A DNA stretch of 64,000 nt from an uncultured Acidiluteibacter sp. (GTDB taxonomy: Bacteria; Bacteroidota; Bacteroidia; Flavobacteriales_E; Vicingaceae), in NCBI GenBank assembly GCA_965660325.1, contig CBFHZL010000004.1:202-64201 (forward strand). Direction: 5' to 3'. Below are positions 8,342 through 19,181 of the stretch, in pieces. The position numbers were made by a program, and so were the translations under genes. Numbering within the stretch: the stretch's first letter is position 1; each line of letters starts with the position of its first letter. A model generated the notes under the pieces. That model had not been told where the DNA came from. It worked only from the letters and a program-made list of their open reading frames with translations, and did not search any database.

Positions 8342-11300
8342 TTATCGCATCAAATACATTTTCCCGAAGCCTTGTTTAAAAAATTTATCTGCACCTGACT
8401 CTCGATGCTCGATCGATGATCCATCTAAATTAGTTCTTACTCTATACAAGTAGACTCCATTCGCCAATCGATCGCCAAACTCATCGGTTCCGTCCCAAGC
8501 ATAATCAGTAATATTATTTCCAATATGTATTGGTCCCAACTCCGAAAGATCGATTTCTTTGACCACTTTGCCTGTAATGGTCATAATTTGTATTTGCATA
8601 AAGTCCGGAACTTTTGTGCCGGTTAGCGTAAAAACAAATCGCGTGCTAGTGGTAAAAGGATTTGGATAATTCATCAATCTAGAAATGGACGCTTGCGTCT
8701 CTATTTCAAAAGTGATTAGGTAATCCGAACTACCTGAGAGGTTGCCACTTTTATCATTGGCCTGGGCTCTTAACTGATATAAGCCATCTTTATAAAGCTT
8801 TGGTCGGTAAACTATTCGGGCCGAATTTTTAGGCAAAGTCCCTTCGAAAAATTCCATTTGAGCACCATCTGCTTGGATGCCAAAATGTATTCGCTTTTCT
8901 TCCTCTTCGGGTAATTTTAAATAAACCGCAAAATTACTAGTATCGTTTAGCAACAGGTATTTATTTTCATCTGTCAACTCAATTACGATTTCCGGCTCAG
9001 GTCCTATAAGCTCTCCATTCATAATCCTTCTTCCATCAAAAGTGACATCCATAACCGGATTTATATTGTCTTGATTGACATGAAATGATATCTGACCTAA
9101 ATTATTAAATCGATACTGCTCCGGTTGATCGTTGTTTGGATTTACGTCAACGAGCAATGTATTTGTTCCAGAGTAACCCAAAGTTGGAACAGTGATTGGG
9201 ATTACAAGTGAACTATCGGCTGCTAGTGGGGAAAGTCGTTTTGAAGGCAGTGTAACAATTCTATTATTGGAAGTAACTAATGAAAAATTCACAAGTATGC
9301 TGTCCATATCATACTCACTAATATTTTCAAAAGCGACTCTAGCTTCATAAAGATCTCCTTCGAGAACCGTATCATTTTGCACCTCAAAAAGCAGTTTAGG
9401 GTTGATTGCTCCCTCAGGAACAGGATTGTAATACACATGCCACAAATCTAATTGTGGGGGCGTTTGCAATAGCTCATCATTTGCTGCCATTCTGAGTGAT
9501 AACAGGGATTCTTGGTCTGCGTCTACTAAGGTAGATATTCCGAATCTAGCAAACTGGTTAGAGAGATTACTAAGTACATTTTCTCCTTGATCTTCAGCAT
9601 TTTTATATTTTATAACAGTCAATGCCGAACTATCTTGAGAAGGCATCTCTAACGATGATGTTCTCCATGCGATGGAATCCCAAGCCATTGCTGGCCCTAC
9701 TATCTGAGAATTTATATTCCCAAAAGTGGAACTTGAGATAAGATTAGCTTTTAACTCAATCTCTGCATTAATACTATCACCCGCAACCTCTCGAACAGAA
9801 CCTAAATTCCCTTTTTGAACCAAGAAAATGAAAGGAATTGAATCACCGATAGCAGGAACGCGCGTAGAACCTAAATCAGAAAAAGTCTGCATGATATCGG
9901 GATTCGAAAAATTAAGGTCGGAATACTTAATGTTGTACCACGAATACACTAATATATAATTCCCATCAGGAACAGTATCCAACAGCAGCGTTCGCATCGC
10001 TTGCATTTGAGTAGGATTATTTGCTCGATAAATAAAATACTCCTCTGTTCTCGCTCGACAGGACCCATTGATATTAGCCTGGCCATAGTTTCGATTCGGA
10101 TTCAATCCATTATATGGTGTTCTCCATGGCTGAAATGATAATGAATCCAATATGGCTACCATAAATGAGGGAGAAACAGAACATCCGTTTCGCTCAATCG
10201 TATTATTGTCTATGCTAAATTTAATCTGGTCGAGGATGGTGGTGCTTGGCGGATTTCCAATATTCACTGCTGATAATTGACGAATATTATCAACGAAATC
10301 AAACTCCCGAGTCGCAGTATTCGGCTCAATAAACTGGAACCCATTTAATTCAAATTGATCAAAGTGATCTTGCCCCCAACCAACCTTATTTGGCACGTAT
10401 TGAAAAGAAAACTGCTTCCAAAAAAAGCGGCCATTTAAATCTGCTGACTTACTTACTCTCCAAAAATAAACGGTGCTATCGGGCATTGAGCTCAAGACAG
10501 CTGGATACCACTCCAAAACCCCTCCAGAAGATGCTACGGTAGTTTGAAGCTTAAACGGACTATTGAAAGAAGCGTTGGTATCTAGCTCCATCACATAGGT
10601 ACGCTCTTCTTCAAAAGCAAATGCTGTAGAAGCTTTTAAGGTAACACCTTGATTTGGAACGACAGCATAATTGTAAGGATAAATCGGAATCAAATCACCT
10701 GACCGGATGATAAGCTGCTTGAATGTTCTGTTATTATTTTCATTTAGTTCAGGGATTTCATTTAGTCGGTCGAGCGTAACAGTAAAATTATTTTCACCAA
10801 TTCCGTTTACGACATCTATTGGCAGTTTCAACCGGTAAGTAGACTGAAAAGCTACGGGAGCTATCTTAAACACATATGAAGTATCGCTATTATTCGGGAA
10901 TCGACGCACCACTTCAATCGTCAATGAGTCATTCACTGATCGAGCAATATTATCTACACGAATAACCATGGTAAAGGAATCCACCTCACTGGTCACTTCT
11001 CGGGGTGAAAAACTCACTGAAGGAGGAGTAATCACATAGTCAGGACGAGGAAAGGAGTTAAAGGACATTGCCGGATCACCTTGCAAGCTCATCTCTAATA
11101 TAACACCCTTTAGCTCAGGGAGCGCATTTGTTTGTGACAATCTAGCCGCTTGCTGCATGCAATATGCAATACTTCTACCGTAGTTTTTATCTGAAATCTG
11201 ACGATAAAATTCTGAGGAAAAAATATTCAATGGAATGGGGTAACTTAAATCAACGGTAGCAATAAAACCAATGGCTCCCTTATCGGGAATGATTACATAA

Positions 11301-13330
11301 TCTTCCGAGGTACTAACCTTCCCCTCCTGGTGGACATCACCGGTGAAGCAAGCGTTTCCTAACATGATTGGATATTTACCCTGATTGTTTAAATTTTCGG
11401 GCTCATCAATATTGATATCAAAACCGCCTGTATTTGAAGCATGACCAAAGAATGTCATCAGACTCACACCTTGATTAATTAATGTACTAATGCTATCTGC
11501 TAAAGTGGTTTGAATGGGTGAGGCAGTTGTCTTTTTGAAAGTTCGAACATTTCCACCAGTAGCTCCTGTTGCAAAGGTATTAGCATACTGTATCATAAAA
11601 TTTTCAAACCCTTGTGCTTCCAATAATGATTTTCCACCTACAAAGTGTAATGCTTGCTTCATCCATGCGGCAGGTTGAGCCGATTCATACGATCGCAACT
11701 TTGCCAAATAGGCGCCTAATTCAGCATTATTATTCACAGATATTCGTCCAGTTGGTATAGCAACCTCTAATCCTGCGCCGTTTAGACCTGATGTAAATAA
11801 ATTATCAGTCGCAGGATTACCCATTGAAGGAACAAGGTTAGTTGTATTTAAATACTCTCGTTCTCGAATAAGCTTAGCGCGCACTGATTTACCCACTAAA
11901 AATAAAAATGAAGGCGAAGTGCCTGAATTTACAAGCACATCATTCAGATAGTTTCGAATAGCCAAAGGATGCTGAGAAATACCATATCCGTATTGTTTAT
12001 ATAATTGATTGATGTCAATCACATAAGGGTTATGCCCTGTACTTCTTCTGTAGTTGGCATAATTCAGCACTTCCACAGCAAGAGAAGGATGAGTAATCAT
12101 GATAAAGGCTGAGTCAGGTATGGCACTGATATAATTTGAGAAAAATCCATTCTCTCCTGCAAGCCTTAAATTTCCAATAGATTTAATAGCAGACGAAGAA
12201 AACAATAGACAAGATTTATTATTTCCTCCATTTGGAATCAAAGCATTATACTCATTCCCTGATTGGAAAACACGAATACGACGATTATTATCAAGATCTA
12301 AAATGTAATTATTGGTAGACCCATTAAAGTTGATGAACTTAAAATAACTTTTATTAACCGACGAATTATCAAGTATTTGAAATTTAAAAGTAGATTTCCC
12401 TTCAGCATCAGGCAAGTGATCATAAGTAAGTTTGGCGTACCCCATTGCCATTCGGTCACTTCCTGCACCCAAATCATCTATTTGACGGTAAGTAAGGTTT
12501 GTGTTTATTGGCCCCAACTCATTGGTTGAAAATTGACGTCGAATACGGATAAAACGATAACCCTCAAAAATGGTATCGATTAGTTGGTTTCCGAATGATA
12601 ATTGCAAATGGTGATCACCTGTTGCAATGGGTCCAAAATCGGACTGACCTGTTACAACGGTCTCCAATGTGGCACTCCCATTAGTAACCGCCTTTTCTGA
12701 ATTCATTATCGTAGAGAAAACTTGAGAGCCAGAGTTGCTGATTACGCGACTTAACCAACCTTCGGTTGGCACATATTCAGGACTTGTTGCCTGTCCTTGA
12801 ATAGTTGCTCCATCATAATAATTCGTGTTAAATGGTAATACCTTTTCTACCTTCACATTAGAAACCGGGGAGTAATTTCCAAAGTCGCTTGCTGACTCTA
12901 CCGTGTATCTCAGACTATTAGTAGCGTTACTGACAGTCAAGTAATACGTAGCCGTATCGTTGATAAGACTGTAGTAAGGGTTCGGTTGATTTTCAGACCC
13001 TTTGTATAAAACAGAATCTAACCAACCGTCATTCTTTTGGGCATAAAACTCGATAAAATCAGCAGGATCAAATGAATTGTCGGCATCACCTTCAATGTAT
13101 AATGGCACTTCTGCACCACGATTGAAAAGCTGAATATTATTGGGATTTATTGAGTTAACAGGGATGCCAACACTGAGCAAATTGGCATAATTGATCCTGT
13201 AGACACCGTCCTCAGCGACTTTAAACTCATAATATTTTTGGCTGTAATCGATCCATTCATTACCGAAGTTTTGTCCGACGAGCGTCGTAGAACATAAAAA
13301 AACAATGTAAAAGAGTATCTTTTTTACCAC
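8342..13330 (-). CDS. C25 family (gingipain-like) cysteine peptidase, PorU-like ('PorU2') T9SS protein
   Basis: N-terminal KVAEDGVYRI propeptide-like region, PTGRI, catalytic-type FFGH and NAC motifs, LQGDPA, CARDB-like ELNENNN, CTD NYPNPF...WDG...GVYLYRV; GTG start overlaps the upstream stop. Confidence 0.88.
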   Translation of the reverse strand: MVKKILFYIVFLCSTTLVGQNFGNEWIDYSQKYYEFKVAEDGVYRINYANLLSVGIPVNSINPNNIQLFNRGAEVPLYIEGDADNSFDPADFIEFYAQKNDGWLDSVLYKGSENQPNPYYSLINDTATYYLTVSNATNSLRYTVESASDFGNYSPVSNVKVEKVLPFNTNYYDGATIQGQATSPEYVPTEGWLSRVISNSGSQVFSTIMNSEKAVTNGSATLETVVTGQSDFGPIATGDHHLQLSFGNQLIDTIFEGYRFIRIRRQFSTNELGPINTNLTYRQIDDLGAGSDRMAMGYAKLTYDHLPDAEGKSTFKFQILDNSSVNKSYFKFINFNGSTNNYILDLDNNRRIRVFQSGNEYNALIPNGGNNKSCLLFSSSAIKSIGNLRLAGENGFFSNYISAIPDSAFIMITHPSLAVEVLNYANYRRSTGHNPYVIDINQLYKQYGYGISQHPLAIRNYLNDVLVNSGTSPSFLFLVGKSVRAKLIREREYLNTTNLVPSMGNPATDNLFTSGLNGAGLEVAIPTGRISVNNNAELGAYLAKLRSYESAQPAAWMKQALHFVGGKSLLEAQGFENFMIQYANTFATGATGGNVRTFKKTTASPIQTTLADSISTLINQGVSLMTFFGHASNTGGFDINIDEPENLNNQGKYPIMLGNACFTGDVHQEGKVSTSEDYVIIPDKGAIGFIATVDLSYPIPLNIFSSEFYRQISDKNYGRSIAYCMQQAARLSQTNALPELKGVILEMSLQGDPAMSFNSFPRPDYVITPPSVSFSPREVTSEVDSFTMVIRVDNIARSVNDSLTIEVVRRFPNNSDTSYVFKIAPVAFQSTYRLKLPIDVVNGIGENNFTVTLDRLNEIPELNENNNRTFKQLIIRSGDLIPIYPYNYAVVPNQGVTLKASTAFAFEEERTYVMELDTNASFNSPFKLQTTVASSGGVLEWYPAVLSSMPDSTVYFWRVSKSADLNGRFFWKQFSFQYVPNKVGWGQDHFDQFELNGFQFIEPNTATREFDFVDNIRQLSAVNIGNPPSTTILDQIKFSIDNNTIERNGCSVSPSFMVAILDSLSFQPWRTPYNGLNPNRNYGQANINGSCRARTEEYFIYRANNPTQMQAMRTLLLDTVPDGNYILVYSWYNIKYSDLNFSNPDIMQTFSDLGSTRVPAIGDSIPFIFLVQKGNLGSVREVAGDSINAEIELKANLISSSTFGNINSQIVGPAMAWDSIAWRTSSLEMPSQDSSALTVIKYKNAEDQGENVLSNLSNQFARFGISTLVDADQESLLSLRMAANDELLQTPPQLDLWHVYYNPVPEGAINPKLLFEVQNDTVLEGDLYEARVAFENISEYDMDSILVNFSLVTSNNRIVTLPSKRLSPLAADSSLVIPITVPTLGYSGTNTLLVDVNPNNDQPEQYRFNNLGQISFHVNQDNINPVMDVTFDGRRIMNGELIGPEPEIVIELTDENKYLLLNDTSNFAVYLKLPEEEEKRIHFGIQADGAQMEFFEGTLPKNSARIVYRPKLYKDGLYQLRAQANDKSGNLSGSSDYLITFEIETQASISRLMNYPNPFTTSTRFVFTLTGTKVPDFMQIQIMTITGKVVKEIDLSELGPIHIGNNITDYAWDGTDEFGDRLANGVYLYRVRTNLDGSSIEHRESGADKFFKQGFGKMYLMR

Positions 13331-14406
13331 TAGCCTCCGTTTTTATTCAAATCAATTCGAAGCGAAAACACATTCGAGTACAATGCAACAGATCGGTCGC
13401 CTATATCACTCAAAGCATAATCTAACGAGAAACCTTTGTATTTAAACCCGACCCCAAAATTGGGCTGAAAACTAGTTTCTCTAACTCCGAATACGTCTGT
13501 TGTCTTCTGAAAGTTACCAACTCCACCTCTTAAAAATATAAATTCTTGAAATGCTACCTCCATTCCAAAGCGTGGATCAATAGATATTGGGTCTGAACTG
13601 ATTAAATCATTTCGCTCTCCATCAAAGGTAACTCCAAGGTCCAATTCAGGAAATACAGAAAATTTCGCGCCAATTGGAATCTTTCGACCTACACCTAAAA
13701 CGAGCTGTGGAAGCGTTAATTCTAGTCCATTTTCAGGAAGCTCATTTCCTGTTACCGCAAAAATCTCTGTTGTTTCATCATCTAGAGAGTAACTCCACGC
13801 ATTAAAAGTAGTGGTTATATCCTTTCCTACTGCTGAAAAAAGCCAATTCCCGCGCTTGTATAAAGCAGAAACGTCGAGGCCAAAACCATATGAATTCGCA
13901 AAATCTCCTACATTCCTATAAATCACTTTAGCATTTCCACCAATGCTTAAGCCCTCTATATTCGTCTCTCTTGCGTACGAAAGCAAAAAGGCATAATCTG
14001 CAGCACTAAAAGAGGTTACCTTATCATAACTAATATTTCCATCCTGATCAATCAATTGTGTGGTATTCGGAATATCATCTACCCCAAAACGCAAAACAGA
14101 AATACCAAAAACACTTTTATCGTCAATTCTAGTTGCAAAACCACCATAATCATAGTTTGCAATCCCGGCGAAATACTCCGCATGCATTAACCCGACTTGA
14201 AAATCATCTTTCATTTGGGTCAATCCTGCCGGGTTCCAATAAGCAGAGGTAACATCATTCGCTCTTGCAGTAAATGCGTTTCCCATGCCTAATGCTCGAG
14301 CACCAACACCAATATTTAAAAACTCATTACTATATTTTCTAGATTGAGCAGATGAACCTAAAACTGAAACTAGGGCGAGGGTTAGCGTAAACAGTTGCTT
14401 TATCAT
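13330..14406 (-). CDS. PorV/FadL-type T9SS beta-barrel ('PorV2')
   Basis: YSNEFLNIGVGARALGMG and YWNPAGL motifs of the PorV/PorQ family; adjacent to the PorU-like gene. Confidence 0.88.
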   Translation of the reverse strand: MIKQLFTLTLALVSVLGSSAQSRKYSNEFLNIGVGARALGMGNAFTARANDVTSAYWNPAGLTQMKDDFQVGLMHAEYFAGIANYDYGGFATRIDDKSVFGISVLRFGVDDIPNTTQLIDQDGNISYDKVTSFSAADYAFLLSYARETNIEGLSIGGNAKVIYRNVGDFANSYGFGLDVSALYKRGNWLFSAVGKDITTTFNAWSYSLDDETTEIFAVTGNELPENGLELTLPQLVLGVGRKIPIGAKFSVFPELDLGVTFDGERNDLISSDPISIDPRFGMEVAFQEFIFLRGGVGNFQKTTDVFGVRETSFQPNFGVGFKYKGFSLDYALSDIGDRSVALYSNVFSLRIDLNKNGG

Positions 14407-14575
14407 AAAACTTTTAGACTATTTGTAAAAATAATGAATGGTGTAATAACTCTAAATTCATCATTTTATTACTCAAAATTACGGATTTCTGTAGTTTACT
14501 CACTTATTTTTCGGTGAGTTGTTCTAATTGTGACTTAAAGGAGTTTTTTTGAGCATAACCTCTTTAAGATATCAT

Positions 14576-14583
14576 TACTTTTG
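14576..14583 (+). promoter_or_regulatory. -7 element (TACTTTTG) for pssA-purS
   Basis: Exact consensus 17 nt upstream of ATG 14601. Confidence 0.6.
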
Positions 14584-14600
14584 CTAAATTGAAATCACGT

Positions 14601-15323
14601 ATGAAAAAGAGTATCCCAAATATCATCACATCGTCCAACTTGTTTTCGGGTTGTATCTCTGTAGTTTTTGCCTTTCAGGGTCTTTTAGCAGAAGCAGCTC
14701 TATTAATTCTAGTAGGAGCATTTTTAGATTTTTTTGATGGTTTATCTGCTCGTCTATTAAAGGTTTCGTCACCAATTGGTAAAGAGTTAGATAGCTTAGC
14801 TGATGTAATTACATTTGGATTTGCTCCTTCAGTTATCGTTTACCAGCTGCTGCTAGAGCTATTTCCAGAACAGCCACTTATACCTTACATGGCTTTTATT
14901 ATCGCTGTTTTTTCTGCTTACCGATTAGCTAAGTTTAACATCGATGACCGACAGACTTCTTCATTTATTGGAGTACCTACACCGGCAAATGCGCTTTTTT
15001 GGCTTTCTATACCGCTTATCGAATGGCAAGCAGTGCACTTTAGCTCTGAGCTAGCAAACTCAGTTTATGAAATCATGACCCAGCCTATTTTTATTATTGT
15101 AAATACTATTGTCTGGTCGCTTTTACTAATTGCGGAAATTCCACTTTTTGCATTAAAGTTTAGCAGCTTCAAATGGAAAGACAATCAACTAAAATTTAGT
15201 TTTATTGGTACTTCCATCATACTATTTGTGCTATTTTATTTTATAGCTATCCCAATTATTCTAATTTTGTATATCATTTTATCAGTTATTACTAATTCCA
15301 TCAAAACATCCAATGAAATTTAG
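14601..15323 (+). CDS. pssA: CDP-diacylglycerol--serine O-phosphatidyltransferase
   Basis: IPNIIT..NL..G and the DxxDGxxAR...GKELDSLADxxxFG CDP-alcohol motif; ATG 14601 preferred over TTG 14589. Confidence 0.93.
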   Translation: MKKSIPNIITSSNLFSGCISVVFAFQGLLAEAALLILVGAFLDFFDGLSARLLKVSSPIGKELDSLADVITFGFAPSVIVYQLLLELFPEQPLIPYMAFIIAVFSAYRLAKFNIDDRQTSSFIGVPTPANALFWLSIPLIEWQAVHFSSELANSVYEIMTQPIFIIVNTIVWSLLLIAEIPLFALKFSSFKWKDNQLKFSFIGTSIILFVLFYFIAIPIILILYIILSVITNSIKTSNEI

Positions 15324-15564
15324 AGCCGAAATAGACATTATGCCATTAAAAGCATTACTAGATCCACAAGGAAAAGCAGTTACTTCAAGTTTAAAAAACT
15401 TAAACCTGAGTGAAATAGAAAATGTACGTATTGGCAAACACATTACGCTAGAAATAGAAGCGGATGACAAGTCCATTGCTACTGCGAAGGTAGAAGAAGC
15501 CTGCAAGAAAATATTGGCAAACCAATTGATGGAAAGTTTCGAATTTGAACTGGTAGAAGCTTAA
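15313..15564 (+). CDS. purS: Phosphoribosylformylglycinamidine synthase subunit PurS
   Basis: [13 protein letters not shown] and LAN..ME motifs; 83 aa. Confidence 0.96.
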   Translation: MKFRAEIDIMPLKALLDPQGKAVTSSLKNLNLSEIENVRIGKHITLEIEADDKSIATAKVEEACKKILANQLMESFEFELVEA

Positions 15565-16298
15565 TTGACTTTAGGCTTTTTTAATTCAAAGTTCTGTCCA
15601 AGGTAAACTTTTCGAACTTGTTCATCTGCAGCCAGCTCTTCTGCTGTGCCTGCTTTTAAAATATTACCCTCAAAAAGCAAGTAGGCTCTGTCAGTTATGG
15701 CTAGAGTCTCTTGCACATTGTGGTCGGTGATTAAGATACCGATATTTCTTTCTTTTAGTTTGGCTACAATTCCTTGAATATCCTCAACAGCAATAGGGTC
15801 TACACCTGCGAATGGCTCATCCAAAAGTATAAATTTAGGGTCAGTAGCTAAGCAACGAGCAATTTCACATCTTCGGCGTTCTCCTCCTGACAATAAATCA
15901 CCTCTATTCTTTCTCACATGATGAAGGCTAAACTCGTCTAACAAACTTTCTAACTTATCTGACTGTTGCTTTTTAGAGAGCTTGGTCATTTCTAAGATCG
16001 CTTTTATATTATCTTCTACTGACAGTTTTCTAAAAACAGAGGCCTCTTGAGCTAGATATCCAATTCCTCGCTGAGCTCGTTTATACATTGGCAGTGCAGT
16101 AATATCGTCTCCATCTAAAAAAATTTTACCGTCATTAGGAGTTACTAAGCCAACCATCATATAGAAGGAAGTAGTTTTACCTGCACCGTTAGGCCCGAGC
16201 AAGCCTACAATCTCACCTTGCTCTACCTCTACAGAAACGCCCTTCACAACAGTTCGCTTCTTGTATTTTTTAATGATATTTTCCGCTCTTAGTTTCAT
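15561..16298 (-). CDS. lptB: LPS export ABC transporter ATPase
   Basis: [53 protein letters not shown]. Confidence 0.97.
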   Translation of the reverse strand: MKLRAENIIKKYKKRTVVKGVSVEVEQGEIVGLLGPNGAGKTTSFYMMVGLVTPNDGKIFLDGDDITALPMYKRAQRGIGYLAQEASVFRKLSVEDNIKAILEMTKLSKKQQSDKLESLLDEFSLHHVRKNRGDLLSGGERRRCEIARCLATDPKFILLDEPFAGVDPIAVEDIQGIVAKLKERNIGILITDHNVQETLAITDRAYLLFEGNILKAGTAEELAADEQVRKVYLGQNFELKKPKVN

Positions 16299-16310
16299 AA
16301 TATCTTTTCT

Positions 16311-18773
16311 CTAGAATTGTATCTCAAAGGTAGCACGAATTCCGAACTTTTGTATATCGGGATGATCAAGATATGACAAACGCCATAATGCATCTACTCG
16401 AATAATCTTAAATATATTTTCAATACCAACAGCTGCTTCTACATAAGGCTCCTCCAGCTCAAACATATTTTCTGGCAAGGCTAACGTTTGTTGATTTTTA
16501 TCCTGCAAGCTACCGATTACTGCCCTACCGGTTAAAACTTCTCTCCACTTCAATTTTCTCATTAGTGGTATTTTATTCAGGAAAAAACCCTCGAAATGAT
16601 GCGTAACCATTGCACTGGCATATTGGTCACTAATAAACTCGAAGAAATTCATCAAGTTGAAGGCAGCATTATCAAAAAAGTAAGTCTCATTTCCATTATG
16701 AATTTCCAAAATCGGAAACGGCAGTGTACCCCAATATTTACCTGCTTGTAGCTTTACATTGGTCCGACCAAAAGTTCCTAACTTAATATTATCTGACAAT
16801 GACAATACAGCTTTGGTATAGGCATAATCTCCACCAAAGACATCTTCTAAACCAAAGCCAAAACCTAACTCCACAATAGGATATTCTGTACCAAGACTAA
16901 TCCGATTAAACTCTCCGGACACAAATGCTTCTTGGTAGGCGAAACGGGTTCTAAACCCAACTTCGGTAGTTCTAATATTACTAACAGGCTTGAGGGTTCC
17001 GGCATCAGGAGTATTGTATTCTATACTTCCCAAAGGAGTCATATCTCTTGTTGTAACAGTTAATTCTGTAGAGAATCCATTAAACCAAAATCGCTCTGTC
17101 CCAATCTTAAATTCTTCTACACCGGTTAGTTTGTCATTTGGATTTCTTCGAAGTACAGAAGAAAGTATATTATCCTCACTAAAGGCATTTTGGCTTAAAC
17201 CAAGCTGCTCTACATCTTTAGAATAATTCAGGCTAACAGAGTGGCGAGGTTCTTTGGATAAAAAATACAGTAACCCTCCACCATACTTAAACTCCTCATC
17301 TTTTAATCCATAAGCAAGATAACCATCAACCATTAACTTCGTGCTAAACTCATTGCTGGTTCTACCTCCAACTCTAAATCGATGACCCTCCACTTTATTA
17401 AAGCTGTAAGCATTAAAGTATGGACCTATCTCAAAAAGACCAACCTCCTTATATCCTGTAAAGACCAGTTGAATAACATCGATAAATGTTCGAAAAGCAG
17501 GTACATTTTTGACCGAATCGACCATTTTGTAAATGTTCTTTTCACTCTCAGCTAACGTATCATGTCGGTTAGCATCCCAATAGCTCTCAGGCAGATCGTC
17601 TGCACCTTTTTCAACCACCACTCGCTCTAGCCCATTAAACAAGCTGTCAGGACGAGGATCATTGATTACAAAGTCTTCATAAGTTGTTGTTTTCCTTCCG
17701 TATAGACCCATGGATTTTTTTGCTACCGTAAAATCTACGATTAACTTATCCTTGTTCAACATCCAGAACTCTCCATCTACTTTTTTGTATCGCTGCTCTA
17801 CTGAAAATCCATTAATGAAGTTAATATTGGCTTTGTCATTGATACTGGCCTCTATTCGTTTGATGGCATAAGTAGTGTCGTTGATCCACATTGTTCCACT
17901 AAACACCGGCTCTTGAACTTGCTTGGGCTCAAACTTAATTTCATAACAGAAGTTACCATCAACAACCATTGAATCCAAGAGATAGTACTTATAAAATCGT
18001 TTCCCAAAATCAGCAATCGGGCTTACAAATGACTTACCAAATACCCCAATGTGATTTTCATAAACATTTACATTTTGATACATATCACCCAAAAACTGCG
18101 ACACACTTTCATTCGACACTCCTGATACTTTGGTAGCTTTGATAAACTCTCGCTCCGACTTTGGTTCTCTTCTGTAGTAATAGTCAGATAGCGATTCTGT
18201 CATAAACATCGGAAGGTACTTTTTCTCACTGGTCGTGCTGTCCATGTAATCAAAAATAAAGTCCAGATTCTTAAATACCCGCCGATCCATAAATTCGTCA
18301 GATATGTTATTCAAATCAAACTCTACTTTATTGTACACTTCATATTCGTAAGCATCATATTTTTCTCTATTATTGACATCCTTAAGTGCAATAATTCGGT
18401 CTAAAATGACATGAGCTGGATTCCCTTTATATGTGACGGTTACTTCACCAATGGAAACTCCTCCACCAGTAGTTAGTTCAAAATCTACTGTCTGAGAAAC
18501 ATCTCGTTTTACATATTTTACCTGAGCTTCGTAGCCAATGAATGAAGCAACCAATGAATCGGTTGCATAATAGGTATCCATGGAATAATTACCATCAATA
18601 TCGGTCGTTGTCCCTGTTTTGGAATTTTTGAAAATAATATTTACGAATGGTAGTGGTTCTTTCGACTTCGCGTCGACAACCGTTCCTTTCACAATAGTTT
18701 TCTGGGCATAGACAGCTCCATAGCAGCAGAGTAGCAAAGAAACAAAGGCAAAAAAATGTCGAGAAGCAGTCAT
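16311..18773 (-). CDS. Outer-membrane protein with an N-terminal carboxypeptidase-regulatory-like domain and a DUF5686-type barrel
   Basis: GxVxDxxxxEPLPFVNI...GTTTDIDG N-domain; FVSPIA; C-terminal PYVE...GIENIFKIIRVD...F. Confidence 0.85.
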   Translation of the reverse strand: MTASRHFFAFVSLLLCCYGAVYAQKTIVKGTVVDAKSKEPLPFVNIIFKNSKTGTTTDIDGNYSMDTYYATDSLVASFIGYEAQVKYVKRDVSQTVDFELTTGGGVSIGEVTVTYKGNPAHVILDRIIALKDVNNREKYDAYEYEVYNKVEFDLNNISDEFMDRRVFKNLDFIFDYMDSTTSEKKYLPMFMTESLSDYYYRREPKSEREFIKATKVSGVSNESVSQFLGDMYQNVNVYENHIGVFGKSFVSPIADFGKRFYKYYLLDSMVVDGNFCYEIKFEPKQVQEPVFSGTMWINDTTYAIKRIEASINDKANINFINGFSVEQRYKKVDGEFWMLNKDKLIVDFTVAKKSMGLYGRKTTTYEDFVINDPRPDSLFNGLERVVVEKGADDLPESYWDANRHDTLAESEKNIYKMVDSVKNVPAFRTFIDVIQLVFTGYKEVGLFEIGPYFNAYSFNKVEGHRFRVGGRTSNEFSTKLMVDGYLAYGLKDEEFKYGGGLLYFLSKEPRHSVSLNYSKDVEQLGLSQNAFSEDNILSSVLRRNPNDKLTGVEEFKIGTERFWFNGFSTELTVTTRDMTPLGSIEYNTPDAGTLKPVSNIRTTEVGFRTRFAYQEAFVSGEFNRISLGTEYPIVELGFGFGLEDVFGGDYAYTKAVLSLSDNIKLGTFGRTNVKLQAGKYWGTLPFPILEIHNGNETYFFDNAAFNLMNFFEFISDQYASAMVTHHFEGFFLNKIPLMRKLKWREVLTGRAVIGSLQDKNQQTLALPENMFELEEPYVEAAVGIENIFKIIRVDALWRLSYLDHPDIQKFGIRATFEIQF

Positions 18774-18821
18774 TCGATTAAATAGAGGAAATAAAAGTAA
18801 TAAAATTCAAGCGCATATATT

Positions 18822-19169
18822 CTATTGACCCTCCGATAATTCCTCCCAGTATTCCACTGCTCTTCTCGTGTGCGGAATTACAATGGTTCCGCCTACAATA
18901 TTTGCAATCGCAAACACTTCAAATACCTGCTCAGAAGTAACACCTGCATCGAATGCTTTACCTAGGTGGTATTTGATGCAATCATCGCATCGAAGAACCA
19001 TAGATGATATCAAGCCGAGCATTTCTTTCGTCTTTACATCTAGCGCTCCTTCAGCGTAGGCGTTAGTATCTAAATTAAACAGACGCTTCATAACCTTGTT
19101 ATCAGCAGCCATAATTTTATCGTTCATTTTGGCCCTGTAATCATTAAATTCATTGACTAACTCACTCAT
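18822..19169 (-). CDS. Carboxymuconolactone decarboxylase/AhpD-like protein
   Basis: GALDVKTKE and RCDDCIKYH (CxxC-H) motifs. Confidence 0.9.
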   Translation of the reverse strand: MSELVNEFNDYRAKMNDKIMAADNKVMKRLFNLDTNAYAEGALDVKTKEMLGLISSMVLRCDDCIKYHLGKAFDAGVTSEQVFEVFAIANIVGGTIVIPHTRRAVEYWEELSEGQ

Positions 19170-19181
19170 AAAAATATTACA

